A stretch of 64,000 nucleotides of DNA from Candidatus Latescibacterota bacterium (GCA_965203805.1 OZ241917.1:4640001-4704000), one strand, 5' to 3'; shown: positions 8,879-18,600, counted from the stretch's first letter. The notes: a model not told the origin generated them from the letters alone. Numbers and translations are program-made.

Positions 8879-9859
8879 GTGAACTTCCCACCCGATGACG
8901 GCATTCGCGTTCCCGTCGAAGACCTGCAGCGCCTCGTATGCGCAATCTACGAGGCCGTCCCACTACCTTCGGAGCACGCCCGGCTGATCGCCGATCTGCT
9001 GATCGACACCGAACTGCGCGGCGTGGTCAGCCACGGCGTTGCGCAGGTGGAGCGGTACGTCCGGTCGTTTCAGGAAGGCCGCGCCAATCCCGACCCTTCC
9101 ATCCGGATCCTCCACGAGGGTCCCGCGACCGCCGCGCTCAGCGGGGACGGCGGCCTGGGGATGATCGTTGCCACGCGCGCGATGCAGATGGCCGTCGCAA
9201 AGGCCGGGGACCTTGGCGTCGGCGTGGTCACCACTGTCTATCACGACCACCTGGGCAGTTCGGGGAAGTACGTGAGGATGGCGCTGAAGGAAGGCCTCAT
9301 CGGCATCAGCCTCTCCGGCCGGAACGCCGCCCCGTCGTACGACAATGCCAACAGCATCCGTGCCTCGATCCAGGGCAGCCCGCCGCTGGCCTTCGGGATG
9401 CCGGGAGGCGACGGCCAACCGGAGTTTCTGCTCGATTATGCCAGCCATTTCGTGGCGGATGACGAGGACGTCCGCAGGAATCCGGCGGTCTTCGTGAAGG
9501 CCATCGGCATGTCCCACGTGGCCAACATCCTCTCAGGGACGCTTGGGGGACAGATGCTGCCCGAATTCGACCGGCGGACAACGAGGTTCCAGGGCGCGGA
9601 TCAGTCCGGATTTCATCTGGCGCTGGACGTGGGCCGCTTCACGTCTCCTGACGCCTTCAAGGCGGACATGGACTATCTGATGGACGAGACCGCGAAGATG
9701 CAGCCGCTGCCCGGACTTTCGGATGCCGGTCTGCCGGGAAAGAGGGCCTGGCTGAAGGAGGCCGACTATCGCGAGAACGGCATTCCCATCAGCGCGAAAG
9801 CGGTATCGTCGCTCGATGGTCTGGCGCGCGAGTTCTCGCTTCCGGTCCCCTGGACGTAG
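8879..9859 (+). CDS. Ldh_2 family (malate/L-lactate/sulfolactate-type) oxidoreductase
   Basis: Motifs ELRGVVSHG, DG.GGLG and HLG, and C-terminal LPG...GIPI. Confidence 0.85.
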   Translation: MNFPPDDGIRVPVEDLQRLVCAIYEAVPLPSEHARLIADLLIDTELRGVVSHGVAQVERYVRSFQEGRANPDPSIRILHEGPATAALSGDGGLGMIVATRAMQMAVAKAGDLGVGVVTTVYHDHLGSSGKYVRMALKEGLIGISLSGRNAAPSYDNANSIRASIQGSPPLAFGMPGGDGQPEFLLDYASHFVADDEDVRRNPAVFVKAIGMSHVANILSGTLGGQMLPEFDRRTTRFQGADQSGFHLALDVGRFTSPDAFKADMDYLMDETAKMQPLPGLSDAGLPGKRAWLKEADYRENGIPISAKAVSSLDGLAREFSLPVPWT

Positions 9860-9900
9860 CACGCGCGCCGGCCGTTCAATCGGAAAACCGGCATCCTCAT

Positions 9901-11022
9901 TTACCGGAACCAGTCATAGTTCAGGCCGAGAGACCGGTCCTCGAGAGGAAGCTCGACGCGGTCTCCGCCGTGCGTCGAAGACAGCTTAAGCGCGACCTCC
10001 ACTTCCAGGGCGACCGCGATCCGCCGGCCCGAGTTCTTCGGCTCGTCCAGCCGGCCTTCCATGCAGTCGATCACGTCATTGAGCGAGTAGACCGCGCCGT
10101 ACGGAAATGCAAACTGGGGTTCAGGCCACGGCATCTCCACGCGAATGCGGCCGGTGGTCTCCAACTCCTGTCTCAGGCGCCATAGACGGTCTGTCCCGAA
10201 CACGATCTCCCCGGTGCTTCCGTCCAGGCGGACCGGCGGCGCTCCCGCCCGGAAATGCACCACCGTCCCGTCCGCCGCAACCGCGATTCCCTGGCCCCTG
10301 AATTCATCGCTTCCGCCGGGACCGCTGAACTCGTCGGTGCCCTCACCCCGCCGGGGAAGGTCGCCGGTTCCCGAGACCCAGGCCGGCGGGCTGTCCAGGA
10401 AATACGACCAGTTCTGATGTTGGGCGAACGGGGAGGATGTCTCAATCGACCGGATCTCCCCAATGGCCCCGCTCAGTACCAGTTCCCTGGCTTTGCCGAA
10501 GGAAGGGTGGGTTGTCGTGATCGCGCCGCAACTGAGGGGGACCCCAGCATCAGCGCATGTTGAAACCATGCGGTCCGCCTCGTCGAGCGTGTGGCACATC
10601 GGCTTATCGGTAACAATGCCCCGGGTGCCGCATTGCACCGCGAGACACGTCAGGTCGGAGCGTCCTTTCGTATTCGTGGCGATGGCCACGATGTCGGGAC
10701 CCTCGGCGCGAAGCATTTCTTCTGCGTCGGTATAGGTCGCTTCGATGCCGTAGCGTTCACGGAATGCCGCGAGCCGTTTCGGGTCCCGGTCGGCTGCCGC
10801 CACCAGGTCGACCTCGGGCCGGTTGTGCAGCGCTTCCGAATACGAGGTCGGATTCCCTTCGTTTCCCGGGTGATCGTGGTGGTAGAACCGGCGATGGACA
10901 TCCAGTTCGGGCGTCGGCCGGTCCACGTCTTCCACTTTGAAAAGGTCCGGGATGCGTTCCGCCAGATCGTAGAGCATGCCCATCCAGCCCAGACCGATCA
11001 CGCCCGCGCGGTATTTCGCCAT
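9901..11022 (-). CDS. Gfo/Idh/MocA family oxidoreductase
   Basis: Motifs GVIGLGWMG, PDIVAIAT, DKPM..TLDEAD.M and GAIGEI. Confidence 0.85.
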   Translation of the reverse strand: MAKYRAGVIGLGWMGMLYDLAERIPDLFKVEDVDRPTPELDVHRRFYHHDHPGNEGNPTSYSEALHNRPEVDLVAAADRDPKRLAAFRERYGIEATYTDAEEMLRAEGPDIVAIATNTKGRSDLTCLAVQCGTRGIVTDKPMCHTLDEADRMVSTCADAGVPLSCGAITTTHPSFGKARELVLSGAIGEIRSIETSSPFAQHQNWSYFLDSPPAWVSGTGDLPRRGEGTDEFSGPGGSDEFRGQGIAVAADGTVVHFRAGAPPVRLDGSTGEIVFGTDRLWRLRQELETTGRIRVEMPWPEPQFAFPYGAVYSLNDVIDCMEGRLDEPKNSGRRIAVALEVEVALKLSSTHGGDRVELPLEDRSLGLNYDWFR

Positions 11023-11054
11023 AGTCGACTCCTATCGTTGTGATACAAAAACAA

Positions 11055-11295
11055 GCTATCAGCGGTCAGCCGTCAGCCCTCAGCTTGAAGCAAGACCGAA
11101 AACCGAACGTCAACTCACGCGAAGACACAAAGGCACGAAGGAAAAGCAGCGAACAGCTGAAGGCGGTGAGAGGGTAGACGTCAGACGTGAGATGATATGA
11201 TTGCCTCGTGCGATTTCATTTCTTGCCGCAGGCAAAAAGAAATAAACAATCGGGCAAGGACGTCCTCTACCGTCTCCCGTCTTACGTCTCCCCGC
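11055..11295. repeat. Composite dispersed repeat (TCAGC heptamer array, CACGAAGACACAAAGG module and ~135 bp MITE-like unit)
   Basis: The modules recur at 16475, 17904, 18004, 22810, 27125, 48200, 54349 and 57930. Confidence 0.75.
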
Positions 11296-11456
11296 TTTCA
11301 GGCCGTTCACGTCATAAGATACTGGTATTCAAGTCGCGTTTCCAGTATGGTATACATCCCTGTTCCGCCATCAACGAGCGTTATCCCGCGCCCGTTTGAC
11401 CACAGCCCGAATCACGGGTACGGAAAACGTCAATCCTCACGTCAGGAGTCACCAAT

Positions 11457-12233
11457 ATGCGAAAAAGCAAACTGATCGCGAAGCTGCGCAATCACAGGCC
11501 GGCCCGGATATGCGGCCTCGGCCACTTCATTCCGGCCTACGTCCGGATGGCCGCGACCGCGGGATACGACTGTATCTGGCTGGACGGGGAGCACCGCTGC
11601 TTCACCGACCGGGAAATCCAGTCGATGCTCGCGTACTTCCACCTGTACGACATCGACTGCCTGTTCCGCCCCCCGACGACGGAGAGGACGAGGCTGTATC
11701 GATATCTGGAGGACGGCGCCTCCGGACTGATGATCCCCCACGTCTCCACGCCGGAGAAAGCCCGGATGCTGGTCGACGCCGTCAAGTTTCCGCCCATCGG
11801 CGACCGCGGCCAGGACGCGGCCGGGCTGGACAGCGACTTCTTTCTGGCCGACGCGGAATCCTACGTTGAGGATGCCAACCGCGAGACGTACCTCATTGTA
11901 CAAATCGAAACGCCGCAGGCCCTCGAGAATCTCGACGCGATCGCGTCCGTGGAAGGCGTCGACGGGCTGTTCGTGGGCCCCGGCGACCTTGCATTGAGGA
12001 TCGACCGGCTGAAGCCGGGCTACGCGCTTGACGAAGCCCTGCGCAAGGTCGCGAACGTTGCGGGCGAACGGGGCGTCGCGTGGGGCTGTCCGGCGTCTTC
12101 CGGCGACCACGTCAAGGAGCTCCACGACATGGGCGCGCAATTGATCGCCTACGGCAGCGAGTTCTTCGCCCTGATGCAGATGCTCGATACGTGTTCGCGC
12201 GAACTCGACGGGGTCTACGGCGACCGGTCCTGA
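11457..12233 (+). CDS. HpcH/HpaI aldolase family protein
   Basis: Motifs WLDGEH, LEDGA.G.MIPHV, KFPPIG.RG, QIET and FVGPGDL. Confidence 0.9.
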   Translation: MRKSKLIAKLRNHRPARICGLGHFIPAYVRMAATAGYDCIWLDGEHRCFTDREIQSMLAYFHLYDIDCLFRPPTTERTRLYRYLEDGASGLMIPHVSTPEKARMLVDAVKFPPIGDRGQDAAGLDSDFFLADAESYVEDANRETYLIVQIETPQALENLDAIASVEGVDGLFVGPGDLALRIDRLKPGYALDEALRKVANVAGERGVAWGCPASSGDHVKELHDMGAQLIAYGSEFFALMQMLDTCSRELDGVYGDRS

Positions 12234-12268
12234 CCCTCGCGGCGTCGCAGTCCGTTTTTTCTTCCCGC

Positions 12269-13276
12269 TCAGGTTTCCTCGAACCGGGCCAGCAGTTCGG
12301 CCGCCCGTTCCCGCATCGCCGGATCGTTGTGCCTCGCGATGATCCGCTGGAGCGCCGAGACCGCCGTGTCGTCTCCTCGTTCGGCCATGTCGAAGGCCAT
12401 CCGGTCACGCCGGTCGTGGTAACTGTTGTCGTACTCCACGACCTCCAGGTCGTATTTCTCCCAGTAGTACTTCAGCGATTCGTCATTCCAGCCCCGGTAG
12501 ATGTTCTCCCAGGTGTTCGGCTGGCTGTGAGGTAGGATGCTCCCCGGCGCGATGGGATCGCTGATCCTCTGATACCGCGCGTCGATGGACATGCGGAGGC
12601 GGTCGGAGTGGTTCGGCAGGCCCTTGTGAACCAGCATGCTGTGGAAGAAGAGGACGTCGCCCTGTTCGAACGGACTGCTGACCCAAGCGCCTTCGAGCGG
12701 ATCGGTGACCTCGATCCCGCCCGCGCCCAAGGCCGGCTTGAAGTCGTACACGCCCCGGCGATGGGAACCGGACGCCACCTGAAGGCCGCCCATCTCGAAC
12801 GGCAGGTCGCTGAGCGGAATCCACGCGGTGTACGTTTCAGCGGTTCCCTGGATGGGGATGAAGTCCTGGTGCGGTGGGGTCGTATAGGCCTCCCGTTGAG
12901 GGAAGATGGTCCTCGCGATGATCCGCGGATGGGGCAGAACCGGTTCGCCGGTCATCCGTTCGAGAAGCCGGACGATGTTCGGATGGTGCTGGAGGGCGTG
13001 AACGGACTGGATACCGTACATACCGGCGTAGACGTCCATGTAGTCCGGTTCGGGCTCGACGCAGAAGCCGTTCAGGTCCGCGACGGCCTCTTCCGCCGGT
13101 GTGTCTTTTTCTACCCATCCGGATTCCAGCGCGATCTCCAGAAACGCCCGACGCAGTGCTTCCAGGGTCTCTCCGGGCAACAGACTTCGAATATAGAGGT
13201 AACCGTCCTCCTGCATTCGTTCTCTCAGCAGACGTCCGTCGCCCGCTATATCTGTCGAATCCGTGAAAGGTTCCAA
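12269..13276 (-). CDS. Phytanoyl-CoA dioxygenase (PhyH) family protein
   Basis: Motifs DGYL, PPHQD, AWIPL, GGL...GSH and H..G.PN.S.R.R. Start refined to the TTG after GGAGG. Confidence 0.85.
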   Translation of the reverse strand: MEPFTDSTDIAGDGRLLRERMQEDGYLYIRSLLPGETLEALRRAFLEIALESGWVEKDTPAEEAVADLNGFCVEPEPDYMDVYAGMYGIQSVHALQHHPNIVRLLERMTGEPVLPHPRIIARTIFPQREAYTTPPHQDFIPIQGTAETYTAWIPLSDLPFEMGGLQVASGSHRRGVYDFKPALGAGGIEVTDPLEGAWVSSPFEQGDVLFFHSMLVHKGLPNHSDRLRMSIDARYQRISDPIAPGSILPHSQPNTWENIYRGWNDESLKYYWEKYDLEVVEYDNSYHDRRDRMAFDMAERGDDTAVSALQRIIARHNDPAMRERAAELLARFEET

Positions 13277-13365
13277 TGCCGGTCCTCCCGTCAGGTGCGC
13301 GTGAAACGTCTCGCCGGGTTTCCTGTCCTGCCTGCGCCAAACTCGGCAACATGCGCGTTTTGCTG

Positions 13366-13462
13366 CGGACGTCCTTCGCCGACCCTTCGGCCCTTCGACA
13401 AGCTCAGGGACCGCAAGCTCAGGGCGCCGCATGCCCAGGGTACGGCTCAGGGTTCAAGCTCA
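13366..13462. repeat. CCTTCGACAAGCTCAGG-type palindromic repeat cluster
   Basis: CCTTCG occurs three times, followed by repeated GCTCAGGG units, in an intergenic gap. Confidence 0.65.
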
Positions 13463-13482
13463 ATGATCTCCGTCGCGTGCGT

Positions 13483-14340
13483 TCAACTCAGGCTCCGGAA
13501 GAAAAAGCGCTGTGCCGTCCCCCACAGAATGGCGTCTTTCTCGGCGGGGCTGAGGAAATTCGCGTGGTCCCGGATCAGCGCCACGGCGGCCGGGAAGTCC
13601 GTCATCGGTTCTTCCATTTCGATGGGACCGCCGCTGTCGGACTCCCACATGCAGCGGTGGGCGCCGTACGCTTCGACCACCCGCTGGATCAATGGCAGGA
13701 CGTCGAGGTACGGGGCGCGGCGGGAGCATAGCGCCTGAAGGGGCCCGATCTTGACCATTACTTTCTCGTGCTTTGCAAATCGGAGCAGCGCGTCGAGGTC
13801 TTCCTCGCTGTAGTCGGCTTCCCGGATTCCCACGTGGCACAGGTGGTCCAGAATGACCGGCGTTTCCGGGAAGCGGGTGCACAGCCGGTCCAGGTCGCGG
13901 AGCGATTCGACCCGCATGTTGAAGCTCAGGGCGAGTTCGTGTTCCGCGCCTGCAGCGAACATCCGGTCGAATGCCGGGTGGTCCAGGCCGGAAGGCGGCT
14001 CGCGGAAGGCGAAACATCCCCGTCGCGAGAGGTCGAGCATGGTCCTGTCCGGCTCCGGATCGTCGAGACTGATCATGCCCGTGCCCGCGAAGGTCTCCGG
14101 ATCGGCTGCGATCAGATCCAGAATATAGCTGTGGTCGTACCCGTACCAGATCATCTGGACCAAGTTGATGCGCACGTTGCCCACCGAACGGCTATAGCTG
14201 AAGTACTCCTCGGGCGTGAAGGTGGGATGCCAGAGGTCTTCGACTGCGACCCCGGGCGCCAGGGGGTAGCGCGCGAAATCGTCCGTCCACACGTGGATGT
14301 GGGCGTCGACGATGCGGTGAGAGGATGCCTGGTCTGTCAT
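13483..14340 (-). CDS. Amidohydrolase_2 family protein
   Basis: Motifs IVDAHIHVW, VILDH and RCMWESD. Confidence 0.88.
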   Translation of the reverse strand: MTDQASSHRIVDAHIHVWTDDFARYPLAPGVAVEDLWHPTFTPEEYFSYSRSVGNVRINLVQMIWYGYDHSYILDLIAADPETFAGTGMISLDDPEPDRTMLDLSRRGCFAFREPPSGLDHPAFDRMFAAGAEHELALSFNMRVESLRDLDRLCTRFPETPVILDHLCHVGIREADYSEEDLDALLRFAKHEKVMVKIGPLQALCSRRAPYLDVLPLIQRVVEAYGAHRCMWESDSGGPIEMEEPMTDFPAAVALIRDHANFLSPAEKDAILWGTAQRFFFRSLS

Positions 14341-14484
14341 GGGAACGCTCCGCTCCGGGTTCCGCCTGAGTCACGGGACATCCGCGCTCCGGGTCAGCCT
14401 TTCCGCCCGTTTTGCGTCTTGCGAACGGATTGGCTATATTTGTCCGACCCGGCAGCCCCTCAATCCCACCGTCCGGAATACGAA

Positions 14485-15243
14485 ATGGCGAAAGACACAT
14501 ACGACGGCGTCTGGCAACCCGATATGCTGGACCGTTTTCCGATGAATCCCAACGTCATGGTTGCCGACCTGGACCGGGAACGGCTAGACCTTCTCCTGAC
14601 GTACGTGTCTGAAACCGGCCGCAGCGAATACCTGTCCACGTTCATATCGGGGGTCGTGGAGCGCCACCCCAAATATCTGCGCGTAAAAGAGCTCTTCGAG
14701 ACCTTCGAGGCGTACCGGCGCATCGGCCAGGCCATCTACGAACAGTGGCGCGAGGGCAACGTGGACACGGTTTTCGACCTGGCATGCGGCCACGGACTTC
14801 TGGGTGTCCTGCTGGCCTGGCGGTTTCGGAAACTGCGCGTGGTCTGCGTGGACCTGGAACGCCGATCGGCCTTCGGACACTACCTGGAAATCCTTCGCGA
14901 ACTGGCAGCGCCGATGGAGAACGTCGCGTATATTGAAAGCGACTTCAAGGACGTGGAACTGGGCCCGCGGTCCTACGTCATCTGCATCCACGCCTGCAAC
15001 GAAGGCACCCGGGATGCCCTGGATATGGCCGGCGCCGCGAATGCGGGTTTCGCGGCCATGCCATGCTGCATCCGGGACCGTCTCTACCTCCGCCGCATCA
15101 ACCACCTGGACGACGACGCCCGATATACCGCGGCAGTCGGGGTGATCGCCGGCCGCTACGGGGCCTACAAGATCACGGCGATCGACCGGCGGATCACCAA
15201 CCGCAATCTCATTCTCCTCGGCGCGCCCGCGACCGCATCCTGA
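14485..15243 (+). CDS. SAM-dependent methyltransferase
   Basis: Motifs DLACGHGLLG, HACN and MPCC. Start refined to ATG 14485. Confidence 0.8.
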   Translation: MAKDTYDGVWQPDMLDRFPMNPNVMVADLDRERLDLLLTYVSETGRSEYLSTFISGVVERHPKYLRVKELFETFEAYRRIGQAIYEQWREGNVDTVFDLACGHGLLGVLLAWRFRKLRVVCVDLERRSAFGHYLEILRELAAPMENVAYIESDFKDVELGPRSYVICIHACNEGTRDALDMAGAANAGFAAMPCCIRDRLYLRRINHLDDDARYTAAVGVIAGRYGAYKITAIDRRITNRNLILLGAPATAS

Positions 15244-15324
15244 TTCCCCGATTCTGCGCCTGCCGCGTCCTGCCGGGCAGGTCAGACCCGCGGCTGCGGA
15301 TTGTGTTCACCGGAGCGTGCGCGG

Positions 15325-16329
15325 TCACCATTGATAGTCGGGCTCTCCGGCCTCGAAGGCGGCGGCCGAAGCCATCATCGTGTCAAGGTCTCCCGTTGGC
15401 CGGTAACCGATCAGCGTCTTTGCTTTCGTGATGTCGTGGTCGTACATCCAGCGCACCGGAACCACCGCCTCAAGGGGTTCCCGCCTCCTGATTTCCCCCA
15501 GCAGCCGGGCGCCTTCGGGGTACGTAAAGGGGGCCGGGGCGCCGCCGTTGAACGACTCTCCCACCGCATCCGGAGACCGCAGCGCGCACACGATGCAATG
15601 CGCGATATCCCGCGCGTCGTTCGGCTGGTAGTACCACGGCCGTCCGGCCTCGTCCCTGACCGCGCACGGCTGGTCGCTACTCTCGGACCTCGCCTCGATC
15701 TCGTGCCACAGTTCGGTTCCGTCGGCCATAAACATTTCCGTACGCGGCCCCACCTGTCCCGCTTTCAATATCGCACAAACCCGTCCAACCGTGAACTGAT
15801 CGAAAATCGAACTGCCGGACAGCACGTGGCTGGGCCGTACGATGGAAATACGAAGCCCCGTCTCGCGGGACATCCGTTCGGCCATCAGTTCGCCGATATA
15901 TTTGGAGAGGGAATATTCGTTATCCGGCCGCTTGGGATGCATCTCGTCCACGGGATGGTACGCGCAGGCGATGTTCTCGCCGTTGTTCGGAAAAACGCCC
16001 GATGAACTCACGTAGACGTACCGCTCCAGGCTGTCGGCGAACTGCCCGCACGCCCGCGACACCTCGAGGTTGATCTGCGTGTTGATTTCGAACCAGGGGC
16101 CCACCAGGTTGGCGGTGTGGATCACGGCATCCGTCCCCGATACCGCGTTCCCGGCAAATTCCCCGTCGGTCAAATCCCCGTCCAGAATCTCCACGTCGAG
16201 GCCGTCCAGCCGGTTCAGAAAGGGATCGTCCGGCAACACGGAACCACGGACTTCATAATTCAGATCCAGTAGCTGCCGGACCAGCCGGCAGCCCACCTGA
16301 CCCGCCGCGCCCGTCACCAGAACTTTCAT
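15325..16329 (-). CDS. NAD-dependent epimerase/dehydratase
   Basis: Motifs VLVTGAAGQVG and YSLSK. Confidence 0.88.
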   Translation of the reverse strand: MKVLVTGAAGQVGCRLVRQLLDLNYEVRGSVLPDDPFLNRLDGLDVEILDGDLTDGEFAGNAVSGTDAVIHTANLVGPWFEINTQINLEVSRACGQFADSLERYVYVSSSGVFPNNGENIACAYHPVDEMHPKRPDNEYSLSKYIGELMAERMSRETGLRISIVRPSHVLSGSSIFDQFTVGRVCAILKAGQVGPRTEMFMADGTELWHEIEARSESSDQPCAVRDEAGRPWYYQPNDARDIAHCIVCALRSPDAVGESFNGGAPAPFTYPEGARLLGEIRRREPLEAVVPVRWMYDHDITKAKTLIGYRPTGDLDTMMASAAAFEAGEPDYQW

Positions 16330-16455
16330 TGAGATCCTCCTGATCGTGCAAAGGCGAGTTTTCCGTCACCCGCACGAAACCCGCCAGTCCCGCAGTCGTA
16401 ACAGGATGACCGGCACCAATATAGCGCCCGTCGTTACCGTCCGCAACATCTGGTC

Positions 16456-16684
16456 TTGCTCCCCCTCTCCAAAAGGCGGGAAGACGTGAGCCGGTAGACG
16501 GTAGAGGATAACGTTACCACGGTGTTTTCACGTTGACCGTGCCCTTTTAATTGCCGTTATCGTAACGACAAGAAAAACCATACGGCACTGATATCATCTC
16601 ACGTCTCCCGTCTCCCCTCTCACCGCTCTTGAGGGGGGAGAGGTCTGCGCCACCCGTGCATTCGTAGGGGCAACCCTTGTGGTC
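16456..16684. repeat. Composite repeat (degenerate MITE-like unit, hairpin module and GTAG-type REP)
   Basis: 16456-16505 is nearly identical to the reverse complement of about 58140-58188. GTAGGGGCAACCCTTGTGGT is at about 16664. Confidence 0.7.
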
Positions 16685-16839
16685 TCACCGCTCTTCTTCT
16701 ATTGGAAACCGGTCGTCCAATTCGCTAAATTGACGAAACGCCGCACTTGCGTTGTTCCGTAAGGTGAAACGACAGCGCGAATCCAATGTATCCCGTACCG
16801 TGCGGTCCCGCAGCCGCATGCCCTCCAGGAGCGCAGCCC

Positions 16840-17910
16840 ATGTCCGCCGCATCCCGCTTCCGCCCCGCACACATGCACGCCGTCTCCCGCAACCTGCTGA
16901 CGGCTTCCGGCGCCCCACCCCACGTGGCGGAGACCGTTTCCGAAATCCTCGTCAACTCCAACCTCTCCGGCCACGATTCCCATGGGATTCTCCGCATTCC
17001 GACCTATCTGGACGGCATCGCGGGTGGATCGATCGTTCCCGCCGCCGAACCCGAGGTCGTGCGCAAGGGAACGAATACGCTGATTGTCGACGGACACGGC
17101 GGGATGGGCATTTACACCGCGCGAAAAGCCATCGACCTCGCCATCGACAATGCCGCCGGATCGGGAGTATGCTGCATCAGTTTCAGGCGCGTGGGCCACT
17201 TCGGCCGGCTGGGCGAGTACACGGAGATCGCCGCCCGCGCCGGCTGTATCGCCATCATCACCATCGGCGTGGGGACCGTGGACGCCGTCGCGCCGTATGG
17301 CGCAACGCGGGGGCCCCTGGGCACCAACCCCATCGCCGTTGGCGTACCCACAGGCGACGCGGCGCCGTTCATCCTGGACATCGCCACCAGCATCGTGGCG
17401 GAAGGCAAGCTCCAGGTGGCGCGGGCCGAGAAAGCGTCCATCCCCGAGGGGTATATCCTGGACAAGCACGGCAACCCGAGCACCAATCCGCTGGATTTCT
17501 ACGACGGCGGATATCTCCTGCCGTTCGGGGCGCACAAGGGCTCCGGCCTTCTGCTGCTGACCTGCCTGCTGAGCGGACTGTCTGGGGTCCCGGAAGTGGA
17601 AGAGGGCACACTCTCGGGCGCCTACATGCAGGTGATCCGCGTGAGCGCGTTCACGCCGCTGGAGCCCTATCAGCGCGGGATTCGCGCCTTCCTGGATAAC
17701 ATCAAGGCCATCCCTCCGGCGCCCGGCTTCGACGAGGTCCTCGTGCCCGGGGATTTCGAACACCGCACCCGCGTGAAGCGCCTGCGCGAGGGGTTCGACG
17801 TTCCCGCGTCAATCGTGGAGCAGTTGAAGGAACGTGCCGACCGGCTTAACGTGTCCATGTCTGAGGACACCATCGAACCGGGCGATGAGGAAAGGTACGA
17901 GAAGCGGTGA
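16840..17910 (+). CDS. Ldh_2 family oxidoreductase
   Basis: Motifs NLSGHDSHG, HFGRLGEY, GTNPIA, LDIATS, HKGSGL and VLVPG. Confidence 0.9.
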   Translation: MSAASRFRPAHMHAVSRNLLTASGAPPHVAETVSEILVNSNLSGHDSHGILRIPTYLDGIAGGSIVPAAEPEVVRKGTNTLIVDGHGGMGIYTARKAIDLAIDNAAGSGVCCISFRRVGHFGRLGEYTEIAARAGCIAIITIGVGTVDAVAPYGATRGPLGTNPIAVGVPTGDAAPFILDIATSIVAEGKLQVARAEKASIPEGYILDKHGNPSTNPLDFYDGGYLLPFGAHKGSGLLLLTCLLSGLSGVPEVEEGTLSGAYMQVIRVSAFTPLEPYQRGIRAFLDNIKAIPPAPGFDEVLVPGDFEHRTRVKRLREGFDVPASIVEQLKERADRLNVSMSEDTIEPGDEERYEKR

Positions 17911-18233
17911 GACGGAAGACGTTAGACGGTAGATGACATCTTTGCCAGATTGGTTTCTCCTTTTTGCCTCCGGCAAGAAACGAAACCGCACGGGGCAATA
18001 AAACCGGTGAGACGTAAGACGGGAGACGGTAGATGACGTCCTTGCCCGATTGGCTGCTCCTTTATGCCTGCGGCAAGAGATGATACCGAACAGGCAATCA
18101 TGTCTTCTCCCGTCTTACGAACGAGACCTACCCCCTATCCCCCTTCCTGCAGGAAGGGGGAAACTGTCATCACTTGAAGACCCTTCGCTTTGCTCCCCCT
18201 CTCCCCCCGGGAGAGGGGGCTGGGGGAGAGGTC
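17904..18233. repeat. Two tandem MITE-like units plus CCCCT hairpin modules
   Basis: 17904-17999 and 18004-18119 are similar direct copies. 18125-18204 matches the reverse complement of 58174-58253. Confidence 0.8.
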
Positions 18234-18239
18234 TGCGAC

Positions 18240-18302
18240 ATAATATCCGTGCGGCGGTCCCGGAAGGAGGAGATTGAAATCTATGAAAGCGAAAGAACTT
18301 GA
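18240..18302 (+). pseudogene. 3' remnant of a BrnT-family toxin gene
   Basis: Translates as IISVRRSRKEEIEIYESERT*, a BrnT-like C-terminus that overlaps the antitoxin start. The repeat cluster occupies the position of the 5' part. Confidence 0.7.
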
Positions 18303-18531
18303 CGAAAGGTTCGACACCGGCGAAGACATCACGGAATTCCTGGAGCTAGAACGGGCGAGACGACCTGCTCAGGAACCGAAGCGGGTGAACGTCGATTTTC
18401 CGATATGGATGGTTCACTCCCTGGATCGGGAAGCCGGGCGCCTGGGTGTCACGCGGCAGTCCATCATCAAGTTCTGGATCGCGGAGAAACTGAAACTGGT
18501 GTCATCCGGAAGCGGCGTAAAGTCCGAATGA
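18283..18531 (+). CDS. brnA: BrnA/CopG-family ribbon-helix-helix antitoxin
   Basis: Sequence MKAKELDERFDTGEDI...KRVNVDFPIWM..SLDREA.RLGVTRQSIIK.WIAEKL. Confidence 0.85.
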   Translation: MKAKELDERFDTGEDITEFLELERARRPAQEPKRVNVDFPIWMVHSLDREAGRLGVTRQSIIKFWIAEKLKLVSSGSGVKSE

Positions 18532-18542
18532 ACCCATGGGCG

Positions 18543-18590
18543 CACAAAAACCGGGGGAGGAAGACTCCGCCCCCGGTTTTTGTGTTTTTT
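18543..18590. terminator. Bidirectional terminator between convergent genes
   Basis: CACAAAAACCGGGG...CCCCGGTTTTTGTG followed by a T-run. Confidence 0.8.
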
Positions 18591-18600
18591 CGCGGCGCAC

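Noticed and set aside
13768-14484. N-terminal extension of the methyltransferase ORF (similar extensions at 7712, 12269 and 19341)
   Set aside because: These extensions overlap neighbouring genes, promoter regions or repeats. Downstream starts fit the family lengths better.
17904-18119. Tandem repeats as a possible CRISPR array
   Set aside because: There are only two long, diverged units, no unique spacers of constant length and no cas genes.
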